A DNA stretch of 60,965 nucleotides, taken from positions 142,638,120 to 142,699,084 of the forward strand of contig NC_068983.1 in the NCBI RefSeq assembly GCF_001194135.2, in the 5' to 3' direction. This DNA comes from Octopus bimaculoides. Taxonomy: Eukaryota. This document shows positions 39,182 through 54,100 of the stretch, piece after piece. The notes beneath the pieces are model-generated. The model made no database searches and had not been told where the DNA came from. It saw only the letters and a list, made by a program, of their open reading frames with translations. Both the position numbers and the translations under genes were made by a program. The number at the start of each line of letters is the position of its first letter. Within the stretch, counting starts at the first letter, position 1.

Positions 39182-42100
39182 TTCCAGAACCAATCAATTT
39201 CGTATATATACACATGGTCTTCAGGTAAGTTACAACAGTCATAACTTGCTGAATGGATTAACAAATCCTACATAACTGGATCTTTCTAAGACTGTTCTTT
39301 TCTTAAGATGGAACTTTGAGCCTGAAATATAAAGGTTTCATTAAACTTTCTGCATTGTCAGAAGCTGTCTAGTGCCGATCTCTAACTGTGGAAGGAACCT
39401 GTAGAAAAGGTAGACCCAAGAAGACCTGGGATGAGGTGGTGAAGCATGACCTCCGAACATTGGGTTTTGCTAAGGCAATGATGAGACCTTTGGAGATGTA
39501 CTGTGCTTGAGAAGACCCAGAAAGCTAAGTGAGATCGTAGCTATGGCCTATGCCAGTGTTGCATAACCAGCCCATTTAAGGGTTCCCTTCAATGTGCTGT
39601 GCTTGAGAAGACCTACTGAGTCAAGTAAAATCACTGTCATGGCTGATGTCAGTACCACTAGACTGGCTCCTATGCCAGTGGCACGTAAAAAGCACCATTC
39701 GAGCATGGATGATGCCAGTGCTGCCAGTGGAATGTAAAAAGCATCATTTGAGCTGGATTTGGTAGACAGAAACTGAAAGAAGCCCGTTGTATATATGTGT
39801 GTGNNNNNNNNNNNNNNNNNNNNNNNNNNNNNNNNNNNNNNNNNNNNNNNNNNNNNNNNNNNNNNNNNNNNNNNNNNNNNNNNNNNNNNNNNNNNNNNNN
39901 NNNCGTCCCTGTAACTTAGCGGTTCGGCAAAAGAGACCGATAGAATAAGTACGTAAAACACACCATTCAAGGATGGCCAATGCCAGTACCACATGACTGG
40001 CTCCTGTGTCCTGTGCTGGTGGCGTGTAAAAAGCACCATTCAAGCATTGTCATTGCCAGTTCCGGTGATATGTAAAAACCACCCACTACACTCTTGGAGC
40101 GGTTGGCATTATGAAGGGCATCCAACTGTAGAAACCTTGACAGAACAGATTGGAGTGTGGTGTAGCTTCCTGGCTTGCCAGTCCTCAGTCAAACCATCCA
40201 GCCTATGCCAGCATGGAAAGCAGATGTTAAAAGACGATGATGATGATGATGATGATGATATATTCCTTTAATCATCTTATTGTGTATCCCTTCAGATCCT
40301 ACACTAAACACTTTGACATATCCTTCCTTCTCAAAAATTATGAAATTCTCTCTGCTGTTCACGTTTTCTTCTGCAAATGTCAATCTACAAATCTTCAAAT
40401 TAGACTGAACACAGAGAAAACTGAGCCTTTTACTTGGATTAACTTATGAACAAAAATGTTCAGTGCATGCCTGATATTTAATATATTGATACCAGAAGGA
40501 TGAAAACCCAAATCAGAATCAAATTTGAAACCAGAACAAAGAGAGAAGTTAATATTATAAAGTATTTAATCCATCCCTCATGTTTTACAAAGTTGCTCTT
40601 CTGCTCTATTTTCTTTTTGTCAATATTAATCATAAATTAAAGAAATCTGCCAACATACCTGATTGTCCCCTCCTCCTGAGGCAAAGTAGTTACCATCTGG
40701 TGAGAAAATACAAGCAGTTGCACCATGCTAGTAGGAAAAAAATGGTAATGAATGAAATTTTCAAAATAAACAAACCCATGCTAGCATGGAAAGCGGACGT
40801 TAAACGATGATGATGATGAAAGAAAATTAAAAAAATATGAATATGAAGAGGAAGGTGTTTCTGGTAATGACCATAGCAATAATGAATAAATGATCACATA
40901 AAACAACACTTATGAATCAAAATGCTTATCATCATCATGATTAAATGTCCATTTTCCATGCTAGCATGCGTAGGACTGTGCATGTGTTATTCTTGGTTTA
41001 ATGATCTTCCCAAAACACAAGATTTGTTCAACACATGTATTCACATCAAGAATCTTGTAAACCAAATGCAAAGACAAAGTAAAGACAGGGAACCAGCAAG
41101 TTGTAGGGCTCTATTGAGCTCCAATGTGATCTTTGACATGGTTTCTACAGATAGATGCCCTTCCTAACACCAACCACTTTACAGAGTGTACTGGGTGCAT
41201 TTTTTTTTTTTTTTGACAGCCACCAATACTAGTCAATTTGCCATGTAACTTACAAAATAGAAAGAAAAGAGAAAAAGAAAAGGCTCCTACTACTAAGAGA
41301 AAGCATTTGGGAGAGGAAGATGGAGATAGGTGGGTTTGTGCCAGATGTTGAAAGGATAAAGTATGAGAGAGAGAGACAAGCACAGGAGTGTCATTATAGA
41401 GGAAATATATAGTTGAAGGAGATAAGAGGAAGGTAGTGATGGGGTGCTAGAGTGAAATCTCAAGGAACAAGGAGAGCATGAGAGCATAGGTGGTAGATCA
41501 GAGGAGGGGACTAGAGAGTAGATGCTTTCTTAAGAATAAGGATGGAGTAAACACACACACACACACACACTCACATATATACATATGTGTGTGCTACTGT
41601 CTCTTTGCTTCGGCTTAGCTTGACAGCTGCTTAATGAAGTGCTAATCTCTAAATGTTGAAGGAATAAGTGGAAGAGAAAGACCCAGGAGAATGTGGGACA
41701 AAGTGGAGAAAGATGATCTTGAGATGCTGAACCTCACAGAGGAGAGACAAAGGACTCAGATAATTGAGGATTTGCTGTGCTTGAGAAAACCTGTCCAGCT
41801 AAGTAAAATTGTAGCCAGAAACCATGCCAGCATGGAAGGCAGATGTTAAATGATGATGACAAAAGCATGTCCTTTATGTCCATGCCCATTCCTCTGTATG
41901 CAATCTGTTTCCTGACAAAGCCCGCCCCCTTTCCCCTACCTACACTCACCATTTGCTGTATTCCCCTCCCTTCCCCATAATTTCCCACTCTCTCTCATGA
42001 ACCTACCTCACACAATATGTCCCTCCTGAGTCGCTTCTCCACAACATATCTCTCCTTATTTGTGCCCCACTCCATCTCCCACACTCCTAATGCAATCTCG

Positions 42101-45100
42101 CAAACTTACTTGCCCACTTACCCTCTCCAATCCCTGGTCCTCTTCACTATATGCACCTCCATGTAACTTGGGTATATGCCTCACCTCACCTTTCTCTCCA
42201 TTCTTTCTCTGAGATAGCCATGTTTCTTCTCTGCTACAGGGTTCAATACAAATGACTGGGGTAGCTGTACCCTCAGTTAAGGAGCATTGTCCTGCAAGTT
42301 ACTTGGTGACCTTGCTGGTGCTGGTGCCACATAAAAAGCGCCCAGTGCACTCTGCAAAATGCTTGGCATAAGGAAGGGCATCCAGCCATAGAAACCATGC
42401 CAAAGCAGACAGCAGAGCTTAGTGCAACCTTCTTGCTGACATGCCAGTTCCTGTCAAACCATCAAACCCATGCCAGTATGGAAAACAGATATTAAATGAT
42501 GATTGTTTACCTACCTTATGACCATAAAGAGTGTAATATTGATGCCCTTCAATCAAATCAAAGATCTTTAATGTGTTATCATCTGCTGCTGATAGTAAAT
42601 AATTACCAGAGTTATGAATTGAAATACTATTCACATTACTAGTATGATCTGGTAAAAAGTAAAAAGAAAAAAAAACATAACTTTTTTAAATTGATTTTTA
42701 ACATTTTATTTTGGTTTATTCTAAATTAAAACAAGTTCATTTCTTAATATGATGTGAGGCACAATGGTTGTGACATTAAAAAAAAAAAACGAAACATAGC
42801 TATGGGCTCAAATCTGACTGAGTAAAGCTCATAACACTACAAATGACCAGTTTCCACTGCTACTGGATAAGTTGTGACTGATTTGTTGTTGCTTAGCATT
42901 GAAGTGAGGTAGTTGATAGCTTCCGCTATCTGGGTGACCAAATTAGAAGTGGGGGTGGGTGCGCTGAAAGTGTAGCTGCTAGAATAAGAGTAGCCTGGGC
43001 AAAGTTCAGAGAGCTCTTACCTCTGCTGGCGACAAAGGGACTCTCACTCAGAGTAAAAGGCAGACTGTATGACGCATGTGTACGAACAGCCATGCTACAT
43101 GGCAGTGAAACATGGGCTGTGACTGCTGAGGACATGCGTAAGCTCGCAAGGAATGAAACCAGTATGCTCCAATGGATGAGTAATGTCAGTGTGCATACCC
43201 GACAGAGTGTAAGTATCTTGAGAGAAAAGTTGAACATAAGAAGCATCAGCTGTTGTGTGCAAGAGAGACGATTGCGCTGGAATGGACATGTGACGAGAAT
43301 GGACGAGGATAGCTGCATGAAAAAGTGCCACACCCTAACAGTTGAGGGAACCAGTGGAAGAGGTAGGCCTAGGAAGACCTGGGCTGAGGTGGTGAAGCAA
43401 GACCTTTGAACATTGGGCCTCACCGAGGCAATGACTTCTGACCGAGACCTTTGGAAATATGCTGTGCGTGAGAAGACCCAGCAAGCCAAGTGAAACCTAA
43501 ATCCAAGGCCTCTGCCAGGGGTGTAGCCAGCCCACTTATGCGTACCTTTCCTTCTTTGGACAAGAAAACTCTGCTTGCGAAGACTTGTTGAGGCAAGTGA
43601 AATTGAAACCGAACTAAATTCGACAACTGGCATCCATGCCAACGTCGTCTCCTTCATTGGACACGAAACTCAGCTTGCGAAGACTTATTGGGGCAAGCAA
43701 AATCAGGATGGCACCTATGCCCAGCCTCGCCTTTCTGGCACTTGTGCCCGTGGCATGTGTAAGGACTTTCGAGCGAGATCGTTGCCAGTGCCCCTGGACT
43801 GGCTCTTGTGCGGGTGGCACATAAAATACACCATTTGAGCGTGGCTGTTGCCAGTACCGCCTGACTGGCCTTCGTGCCAGTGGCACGTAAAAGCACCCAC
43901 TACACTCTCTGAGTGGTTGGCGTTAGGAAGGGCATCCAGCTGTAGAAACTCTGCCAAATCAGATTGGAGCCTAGTGTAGCCATCTGGTTTCACCAGTCCT
44001 CAGTCAAATTGTCCAACCCATGCTAGCATGGAAAGCAGACGTTAAACGATGATGATGATGATGATGAATATAAAAAATATTTGAATAGTTTAAATCTTCA
44101 CACTCAAATTACTCACCCTTGAAATGAAGTAATCTCATCTTTACCCTTAAGTCCCAAAGTTTCACACTGAAATCATTACAACCAGTTGCAATTGAAACAT
44201 CTTCAGGGGTAAACTGGAGGTCATAAACTGCGCTGCACAGACAGTAAAATAAAATTTAATCAAACTTACAACACAAATTATACTGATGAAAAAAATGCTA
44301 TGTGAAATGGTTATTTTCATATTTGTTTAAACACTTGTTATCAGATTCTTTGACAGATGCTAAATGGAACAGTGAAAGTATCAGTGACCTATTAGTGATG
44401 AAATTAAACTAATGTCTGTTTAGCCATTGTAATTGGCTACACAAATTTCAATAAGGGTGATACTATATATTTCATTATCATTGAATGCTTGCTACAGTGA
44501 TTTTCTCTTTGCTAAAAACTTCTATAGTTATCTAAGAACAGAAATCAAAGGTACCACATCCTGACACAAACTTAAGCTGCAGCTTATCTAAGTTAATTTT
44601 CTTCCTAATTATTTGTACACGATTCATCAGTGTCATGCCACAGCAGCTGCTTTTTTCTAGAACATATCTCCTTTGCCCTTGTAACAGTTGATGAGGGTAC
44701 AGCTACACTAGTCATTTGGAGTGAACCCTTTTTGTCAGCTGACTGACTAGTGGGTGTTCTACTTCAGATATTTTCAACATCTCAGCAACTAACTCCAATG
44801 GTCTGACTACTTTCCTTATCTTCAAATCTTTAATGGCCATTTCAGTCTTATAGCTGTGAAATTCAGTAACTGATCCTTTGTTGGATCAAATTGCATAGTC
44901 CCTCTCTCCTATGCCTTCCCCTCATTCAGCAACCTCTCATATTAGCATTTTCTCACTATTAGTGAAGGCAAGTACATTACTGTCATTCTGTACAGACATT
45001 TTCCCAATGACATCTTAATTCATACTGGCACATTGCTTTGCAATTCACAACACCTCAAATCTCTGCTCCCCTCTTTGCAGAACATTAGCAAACCACTTCT

Positions 45101-48100
45101 TTCTGAACTACGTCTAACTTCTCTTTTAACTAATTGATACTCTTCCTTCTAGAAACTTGCTTCATCCACAGATGTGGTCTGAAGCTCAGAGCAGCTTTGT
45201 TTCATTGACACTCTTAGTTGTCTCCTATGTTTTCATTGCCTCTTCATTCTCAAAATACACAGCAACCACCCAACATTGGTTTGAACCTACATCTGGCAGT
45301 TTCCATAACTTCCTTCACCAGATTATCTGCATCTCTGGGTCTGTATAGCTCTTAATCTAAATGTCACTAAACAGTAGGAAAGACTTAAAATTCACAACCA
45401 TCTGTCTATGACGTTTCCTGGTGAGGATAAGGGCTATTTGGCTTGAATGTTCACCTGGGTAGTGGATGATCAGGTGGTTAGCCACTTGCAGTACTAACTT
45501 CTGGAAACTGGCTATTTGCACCACAGAACTCCAAGAGACTTGATTCTTCTTCATTTCATGTACCATAACCATAGGCTCTGTGTATGTTCAAATATGTGTA
45601 TATAGACAACGGTTTTTCTCTGGAGATGATAACTGTCTACATCGATATAAAATGTCAGAAAATTTTTTAGATTCCCTTTGACAAATGAAATATGTCATAA
45701 AGAAATTTATAGAAAATAAATGCCTGATGTACAAACATTTTAGGAACCCAAACTACAGGATGATGTAGAAATAAATTCAGGATAATAAATACAAAGGTAG
45801 AACACCTAATAAAATAAGCAACTATACATCGAGTGTATTGTATGAAAGAGAACATTTGCCTATAGAAAAAATGAACACAACAGTCATTAAATCCAATCAT
45901 AAACAAGTATTATTTCTCTAAATTCCCAAAACAAATAGGTACTGTAAAAAATAATCAATGGTGACTAACACAGAATTAATACAAAAAAGTAATAATTTTC
46001 TACCACTTAAAAGTGGATGTTGTGTTACAACACAGAATACTGAGATAGTTACCAGGAGGGGACCTCTCATATGACTTTGTGGTGCATATAAGCACTTCTG
46101 TTTATATTATTAGAGGGAGATAATCACTGCCATTGCCAGTACCAGATCACATGGCTTCAGCCTTCCTTGGCCTTGTCAATGGTAGACAGAGCCAGTCATT
46201 AGTTTTGGTTTTAAGTAGCAGAGAAGCAAAATAGTTCCTTGGTTGCAGTTCTATTATAGACAAAAGGTTTTAGATTTATATATATGTAGGAAAATAATAC
46301 AATGTGACATACATCTTTCTCAAGGCCATCAAGAACATTAGTGGAGTAAAATGAAATCAAAACAACCAGGAAATGAAATTCATAAGCAAAACTTACCCTG
46401 TTTCTTTGAGTGTTTGTACACATTTTTTGGAACGAAGATCAAACAAACGCACAGTTTTGTCATCACCTCCAGAAGCCACAAAATTCATGTCATGCGAAAA
46501 CCTGAAATAAATTTGAACGGAGATGTGTTGATTTGTGCTGCCTCCAAGAAGTAAGGCGGAGAGAAGGTTCCACTAGGTTCCTCACAGGCAAAGAACACAG
46601 GTACAAGATTTTCTGGGCAGGGAACACTGACGGGATCAGATGCATGGGTATACTTCTTGCGGAGAAATGGGTTGATAAAGTAATCGAGGTAGTCAGAGTA
46701 AGCAACAGAATACTTAAGATTAGATTAGTGCTTCATCATGGGTTAGCAAACATTATCTTGGCTTATGCCCCTCAGCCGGGGCTACCGGATGGGCAGAAAG
46801 ACAGATTTTATGACACCCTCTTGCAGACCACCTCATAAACAAATTACAGGGACCTTCTCTTTGTGGCTGGTGACTTCAATGGACATGTAGGACAACATGC
46901 AGGGGGCTTCCATGGCATATATGAAGGCTACGATTTTGGTTCCCGCAATGAAGAGGGAACCAGGCTGCTGGAGTTCTGCAATGCAAATGATCTTATGGCT
47001 TGCAATACTAACTTCAGGAAACCTGCCAGTCACCTAGTCACCTACCGTTCTGGCAGGCACACTAGCCAAATTGACTACATCCTCGCCAGAAAAAGGGAAA
47101 GATGGCTGCTTATAAATGCCAAACCCTTCCCAGGCAAAGAATATACCCCTCAACATAGACTGGTAGTTAGCAACTTCAGGATCAGGTCTATATGGATGCC
47201 CAGAAGACGACCAGCATGGAGGAGAAGGGACTGGAAGCTTAAAGATCCTGCAAATGTCCTTCTTTAGTCAGTTTATATAATTTATAAGACAACNNNNNNN
47301 NNNNNNNNNNNNNNNNNNNNNNNNNNNNNNNNNNNNNNNNNNNNNNNNNNNNNNNNNNNNNNTTTTTTTTTTTTTTCATATATAGAAAGCAAAAACTAAT
47401 TAATTATAAAGAAGGGGTAATTTGGGGCTTACTTTACTGAGAATGGAAGAATATAAAGTAAAACTGACTTTGGCAAAATTTGATTTCAGAAGACAGAACA
47501 AAGTTAAAGGTCAATCACTTATTTCAGCCAACTCACCTAAATTACATATGATTATTAATTGTAAAGGAGATGGGAAGCAATAAATAACAAGTAGCAACCT
47601 TGTGGTCAGTAGAGCCTGCTATAAACTTCAGTTCTCAGTTGAAACAATTTTACTTCATTGACACAGAAATGTTGGCAGAGAACTGAATTGGTATTAAACA
47701 ATCAAAAGCTCATATCCTATAGGTGAAACTATGCTCAAAAGCATTTCCTTTGTGATGAGCCATCTACTACTGATCACACAACTGAAATTCTGTATTATCA
47801 TCACCATTGTTTAAACCAGGAGTTTTCAAACTTTTTGACTTGCGGACCCCTTTATATTTTAGGCTTTACCTTAGGGACTCCCTTATAAACGCTTATGAAA
47901 TTTACACATAAATATTTGCTTAAAATAACATTTTTACATTTATTTATTTAACTGTATTTAACAAATAGGTTTATTGTCAATTAAAAGATTTCGATTAAAA
48001 AACATATATAAAATCAAATTGCCCATAAAGAGTATTTGCTGTCCATGGACTCCCTGTTTTGTTCTTGCGGACCCCTGTGGTCCGGGGACCACAGTTTGAA

Positions 48101-51100
48101 AACCCCTGGTTTAAACATCCACTTTTCTATGCTTCCATGGATCAGATGAAATCTGTAGAGACAGATTCTCCTATGGCTAGATACTTTCCCTGTTGCCAAT
48201 CCTCACCTATTTCCGAGCAAAGTAATACTTCCCCTAAGTCCCTCAAACAACAAACAGCTCAATGGTCAGTCATGCTTTTGCAAAAGACTAAACAAAGAAC
48301 ACTGAATGGACAGTGACCGTCTTCAATCACGATATAAATGTCAAGATATGGAGAAGACACAAACATACACATTAATGTGTGTTTGTTACAATCAAATGGA
48401 AATTGTAGTTATGACCCCTGTGCCAGTGGCACGTAAAAAGCACCATCCGAACGTGGCCGATGCCAATGCTGCCTTGACCGGCTTCCGTGCTGGTGGCACA
48501 TAAAAGGCACCATCCAATCGTGGCCGAGGCCAGCTCCCTTGGCCCCTGGGCCGGTGGCATGTGAAAAGCACCCACTACACTCACAGAGTGGTTGGTGTTA
48601 GGAAGGGCATCCAACTGTAGAAACACTGCCAGATCAGACTGGGGCCTGGTGCAGCCTCCTGGCTTAAAAGACCCCAATCAAACCATCCAACCCATGCCAG
48701 TATGGAAAACAGACATTAAATGATGATAATGATGATGATATACATACACACACAAGTAACATAAATGCAAAATAAAGTGGAAAAAATAATAATCAAATAC
48801 CAGAATTAGGGTAATATGCTTTTTATATTAAAGCCAACTATGTAGTCTTGTATTCAGTCCCACTGCATGGCACCTTGGGTAAGTGTCTTCTACAATAGCC
48901 CAGAAACTGAAAGAAACCCATCATATGTGTGTGAGTAACATCATCATCGCCATTTAACGTCCATCTTCCATGCTGACATGGGCTAGATGGTTTTACAGGA
49001 GCCGGCTAGGCAGAAGCCGGCAGACTTCTGTGTCTGTTTTGTCATGGTTTTTAAGGCTGGATGCCCTTTCTAACACCAACCACCCAGCAGAGTGATCATC
49101 ATCATCGTTTAACATCCGCTTTCCATTCTAGCATAGATTGGACAATTTGACTGAGGACTGGTGAACCAGATGGCTACACCAGGCTCCAATCTGATCTGGC
49201 AGAGTTTCTACAGCTGGATGCCTTTCCTAACGCCAACCACTCTGAGAGTGTAGTGGGTGCTTTTACGTGCCACTGGCACGAAGGCCAGTCGGGCGGTACT
49301 GGCAACGGCCACGCTCAAAATGGTGTATTTTACGTGCCACCAGTACAAATGCCAAGAAGGAGACGCTGGGCACAGGTGCCATTACGATTTCGCATTCGCT
49401 TGCCCCAACAGGTCTTCGCAAGCCGAGTTTCGTGTCCAATGAAGGAGACGATGTTGGCATGGGTGCCAGTCATCGAATTTAGTTCGATTTCAATTTCACT
49501 TGCCTCAACAGGTCTTCGTAAGCGGAGTTTAGTGTCCGATGAAGGAAAGGTATGCATAAGTGGGCTGGCTACACCCTTGGCAGAGGCCTTGGATTTAGGT
49601 CTCACTTGGCTTGCCAGGTCTTCTCATGCACAACATATTTCCAAAGGTCTTGGTCAGAAGTCATCGCCTCAGTGAGGCTCAATGTTCGAAGGTTGTGCCT
49701 CACCACCTAATCCCAGGTCTTCCTGGGCCTACCTCTTCCAAAACAAAACCCAAAACTTATGGAAATAAGCACCAATACATTCATAATATATTTACTGTCG
49801 AGAAATATTGGTCAATACTATTGATACCTCTCACTCAGATCTTTCAGTTTAACCTAGACAGAAAAGATTTTCATTTTCTGTTCACTTTTGTTCATGCATA
49901 CATACACATACGCTTGCCTGGCTACACAAATACACATGAGAAAGGAAATCCATAACAAGAGAGAATTATTATAGGTTATTGTCAGGTAAATAATATTTTC
50001 AAAGATCCAGTCTTCAAATAACTCAACAATGCTAATAATGATAATGTAGAAATATTGTATACCTTTACACTTTTATCATCGGATGCTGTACACATAAACG
50101 TTCCATCTCCACTGAAGTCCACACTTCTCACAGTAGCTGTATGACTTCTGAGGATTTTCGCTGCTCCATCTCTGATTCAATAGAGCAAAATAAAAATTTA
50201 AAACGGACACTTTTCAAAATTAAACAGTAGGCATAAAATCTTGCTTCCTAAACATGTAGTTTGGGGTTCAGTCTCACTGCACAGCACCTTGGGCAAGTAT
50301 TTTCTACTATAGCCCCGGTACATTCAAATCCTTGTGAGCAAATTTGACAGGTGAGAACTGAAAGAAGCCCATCATGTGTGCGTGTGTGTGTACTCTTGTC
50401 TGGATATCAAGTCATAGTTGTAAATGAGCATCATTGTGATAAAAGTGCAGTTGTTAATTTCTAGTCTTCCATGAAAAACATGTCTAGGTAAGAGAAATTT
50501 CCTTGCTTGGAAACATGTGAAGCTTGGTGGCAGAAAAGGCATCTACAATAGAAAAATCTGCCTCAGCAAATTTCATTTCACCCATGCAAGCATGGGAAAT
50601 GCACCTTAAATGATGATAATAACAACAGAAAAATAATTTCTAATCCAAACAATTTTAAAATTTTTTCTGTAATAGTCGTGTAAATGAAAAATTGTTAAAA
50701 CTTAATGCTTCCACTGATATTTTAAAATTGTTTTCTTTTTTCTTTACAAGTAAAAAAAAATAATTTCTAGTAATTACACAGATGGAACCCAGAGGCGAAC
50801 TGTTTTGTCTCGTGAAGCTGATGCAATAAGATTTCCATTTGGAGAAAAACATGCATGAAGGACAGCATCCTGCAAAAAATATAAAATAATTAGTTAGAAA
50901 ATGAAAAGACAATGATGACGTTTAACACATTTAAAAACAAGTTTTTCATACATGAACATTGCATTGTTGTTAAAGAGTATATATAAAATTTGTTAAGTCT
51001 CTGACCAATCAAACAATCAAGTTACAACCTGACCAAGTACAGATGTGATCAAAAATATTCAAGTGACCACACCATCTTTTATTCAAGTATAAGGTATCTA

Positions 51101-54100
51101 GAACTACATTAACTATTGAGACCTCCCTTTTTTAAGTTAGTAGCATGACATGAAAGAAATTTGGCGGCTATTTCTAGCTAGTTGAGTAACTGGTATGGAA
51201 GTTTCTATTCAGTTGGTTCTGAAGCCCTTTTATCATTACATTTTGTCAATAGAAAAGGGCTAAAGACTTATGAATGCTACTGGTCATTGCCTCGGTGAGG
51301 CCTAAAGTTGGAAGGTCGTGCTTCACCACCTCATCCCAGGTCTTCCTGGGTCTACCTCTTCCACAGGTTCCCTCAACCGCTAGGGTGTGGCACTTTTTCA
51401 CACAGATATCCTCATCCATTCTTGCCACATGTCCATACCAGCGCAATCGTCTCTCTTGCACACCACAACTGATGCTTCTTAGGTCTAACTTTTCTCTCAA
51501 GGTACTTACACTCTGTTGAGTATGCACACTGACATTACACATCCATCAGAGCATACTGGCTTCATTTCTTGCGANNNNNNNNNNCTACAAACTTGGTCAC
51601 CTAGGTAGCGGAAGCTATCAACTACTTCTAGTTTTTCTCCCTGGAGTGTGGCAACGGTTGTTTTTTGCACATTTTCAGTGTTTATTGCTCCTGAGCATCT
51701 GCCACATACAAAAACTATCTTGCTAGTTAGCCTTCCTTTGATATTGCTGCACCTCTTATGTGTCCATAGCTTGCACTGGGTACATCTTATAGAGTTTCTA
51801 CCTACGCCTTTTCTACAGATTGAGCAGGGCCATCTACCTGAAGGGGTTTGCGTTTTCTCTACCTTCTTACTTATTAGGACTTTGGTTTTAGCTAGGTTGA
51901 CTCTAAGGCTCTTCGATTCTAGTCCTTGCTTCCACACCTGAAACTTCTACTGTAGTTCTGATAGTGACTCAACAATTAGGGCAAGGTCATCAGCATAGAG
52001 CAGCTCCCAGGGGCATCCCGTCTTGAATTCCTGTGTTATTGCCTGGAGGACTATGATAAATAGGAGTGGGCTGAGGACTGAACCTTGATGGACCCCTACC
52101 TCTACCCAGAATTCTTCACTATACTTGTTGCTAACCCTCACCTTACTGACAGCGTCCCTGTACATGGCTTGCACAGCTCTCACTAACCACTCATCTATTC
52201 CTAGTTTCCTCATTGACCACCAGATAAGGGAGCGGGGGACCCTATCAAAGGCTTTCTCCATGTCCACAAAAGCCAGGTACAGAGCTTTATCTTTGGCTAG
52301 GTATTTCTCCTGCAGCTGTCTTACCAGAAATAGAGCATCAGTGGTGCTTTTTCCTGGAACGAACCCAAACTGCATCTCATCTAAACTGACTCTCTCTAAT
52401 CCACCTCTTTTAAAATGCTACTTTCTTTCACTCTCTTCCATATCTCTCAGCACAGTTTTCTTCTACATCTCGATAGAAAGTGTCCGAAACCAACGAATAA
52501 AAATGGTTACACATGACTTGGCCTTTTATAAATAGAAATTTCACGTATAACTAATGTACTTACTCCATGACCTAAATATCGGTAAGCACGCATTTTATCT
52601 TTTAAATGCCAAATCATGACACTGGAATCCAAAGAACTTGATACTGCAATACAAAAATTACAAAGAATAAAAATCATTTAAACGTTATACTTTTATTAAT
52701 GAGTTTGAGGAAAAGCAGTCAAGCTGCAGAAGCACCAGCAGTTGATACAGTTGAATTACTTAAAGTTAGTGAGTGAATGCAGATAGGGAGAGAATTCTGG
52801 AGGTATGCAAATCTGAGAAAGGCAAAATGAGTGAAGTGTTATCAAAAGACAGGAGCTTGTAGAGGAATGTCCCTTTTCCTGTCTGGGTAGTACACTCAGT
52901 AATGACGGATAGGCTTAGGAATGAGCTTGAACACAACATGATCAAAACCACTAGTCATCTGGCAGGTTGACAGCAAGCACATATATAGTCCAAGTGAAGC
53001 TCAAAGCATACCAAACATTAGTATCATCTACACTACGGATTGATGGCACAGACAATATAACACAAATGGTTAAAAAAAACTGCATACATTCAAAAGATAC
53101 TGGAGACATTGTTAACATCACATAGAAAAAATAAGGCCAAGAACATCCACATAATCATTATTTTTACATCCACTTTTCCAAGCTAACATGAACTGGACAG
53201 TTCTTACACTTAAGTATGAAAGTAATTGGTGCACAAAAACTTCTACCAACTTAGGCATGTCCAAAGAAAGGAGAAAACCTAATTGCTAAGATAAGTACTC
53301 TATTCACAATTGTTTAGTGGCTGAAAATAACATGCGGAGATTAGACATTGGTACTTACAGCAAGACTACAGCAAATGGGGAAAGAGACCAATGGAGAAGA
53401 CTGATTCCCTTATGATACTACTGATATAACTCATGACATTTCATATGCCTAGTCATCAATTATTAATGGACTATCTTTGACAACAGGATGAGATACAAAA
53501 ATGCAATTGCATCAAATAGTGGTTGTTTTGGTTGCACAGCTTCAGATCAGCTCTGATTTTTGAGTAGTGGCAGAGCACAGTGTACATGTCTGAAAGAGAA
53601 GAGACTGTTTCACAAGAAACAGAATAACAACACATCAGTGGGCTATTTGCTGAAGACTTGAGATGAGAGACTTACTCTTTTACTCTTTTATTTCAGTCAT
53701 TTGACTGCAGCTATGCTGGAACACCACCTTTAGTCAAACAAATCAACCCCAGGACTCATTCTTTGTAAGTCTAGTACTTATTCTATCAGTGTCTTTTGCT
53801 GAACTGCTAAATTACAGGGATGTGGACACACCAGTATTGGTTGTGAAGTGATAGTGGGGGAACAAACAGACACACAAACATACACACACACACACATATA
53901 TATATAACGGGCTGCTTTCAGTTTCCATCTACCAAATCCACTCCTAAGGCTTTGGTCAGCCTGAGGCTATAGAAGACACTTGCCCAAGGTGTCATGCAGT
54001 GGGACTGAACCCGGAACCATGTAGTTGGTAAGAGCAAGCTACTTACCACACATCCAATATAATTTAACAGTATACCAAAAAGTTTTTTTTTAGTGTAGCA

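Noticed and set aside
39019-39264. ORF with poly-(SL)
   Set aside because: Translation of a (GA)n microsatellite.
45667-45906. Candidate for the missing POC1 exon (RQMFSF...IRCSTF)
   Set aside because: Lies on the wrong side of exon 46397-46501 and lacks a suitable donor and the conserved W residues.
22740-49700. Many short ORFs with recurring peptides (e.g. [19 protein letters not shown])
   Set aside because: Reading frames through RTE 3' UTR repeats; they recur because the repeat recurs, not because they code. The regularly repeated units are not a CRISPR array.
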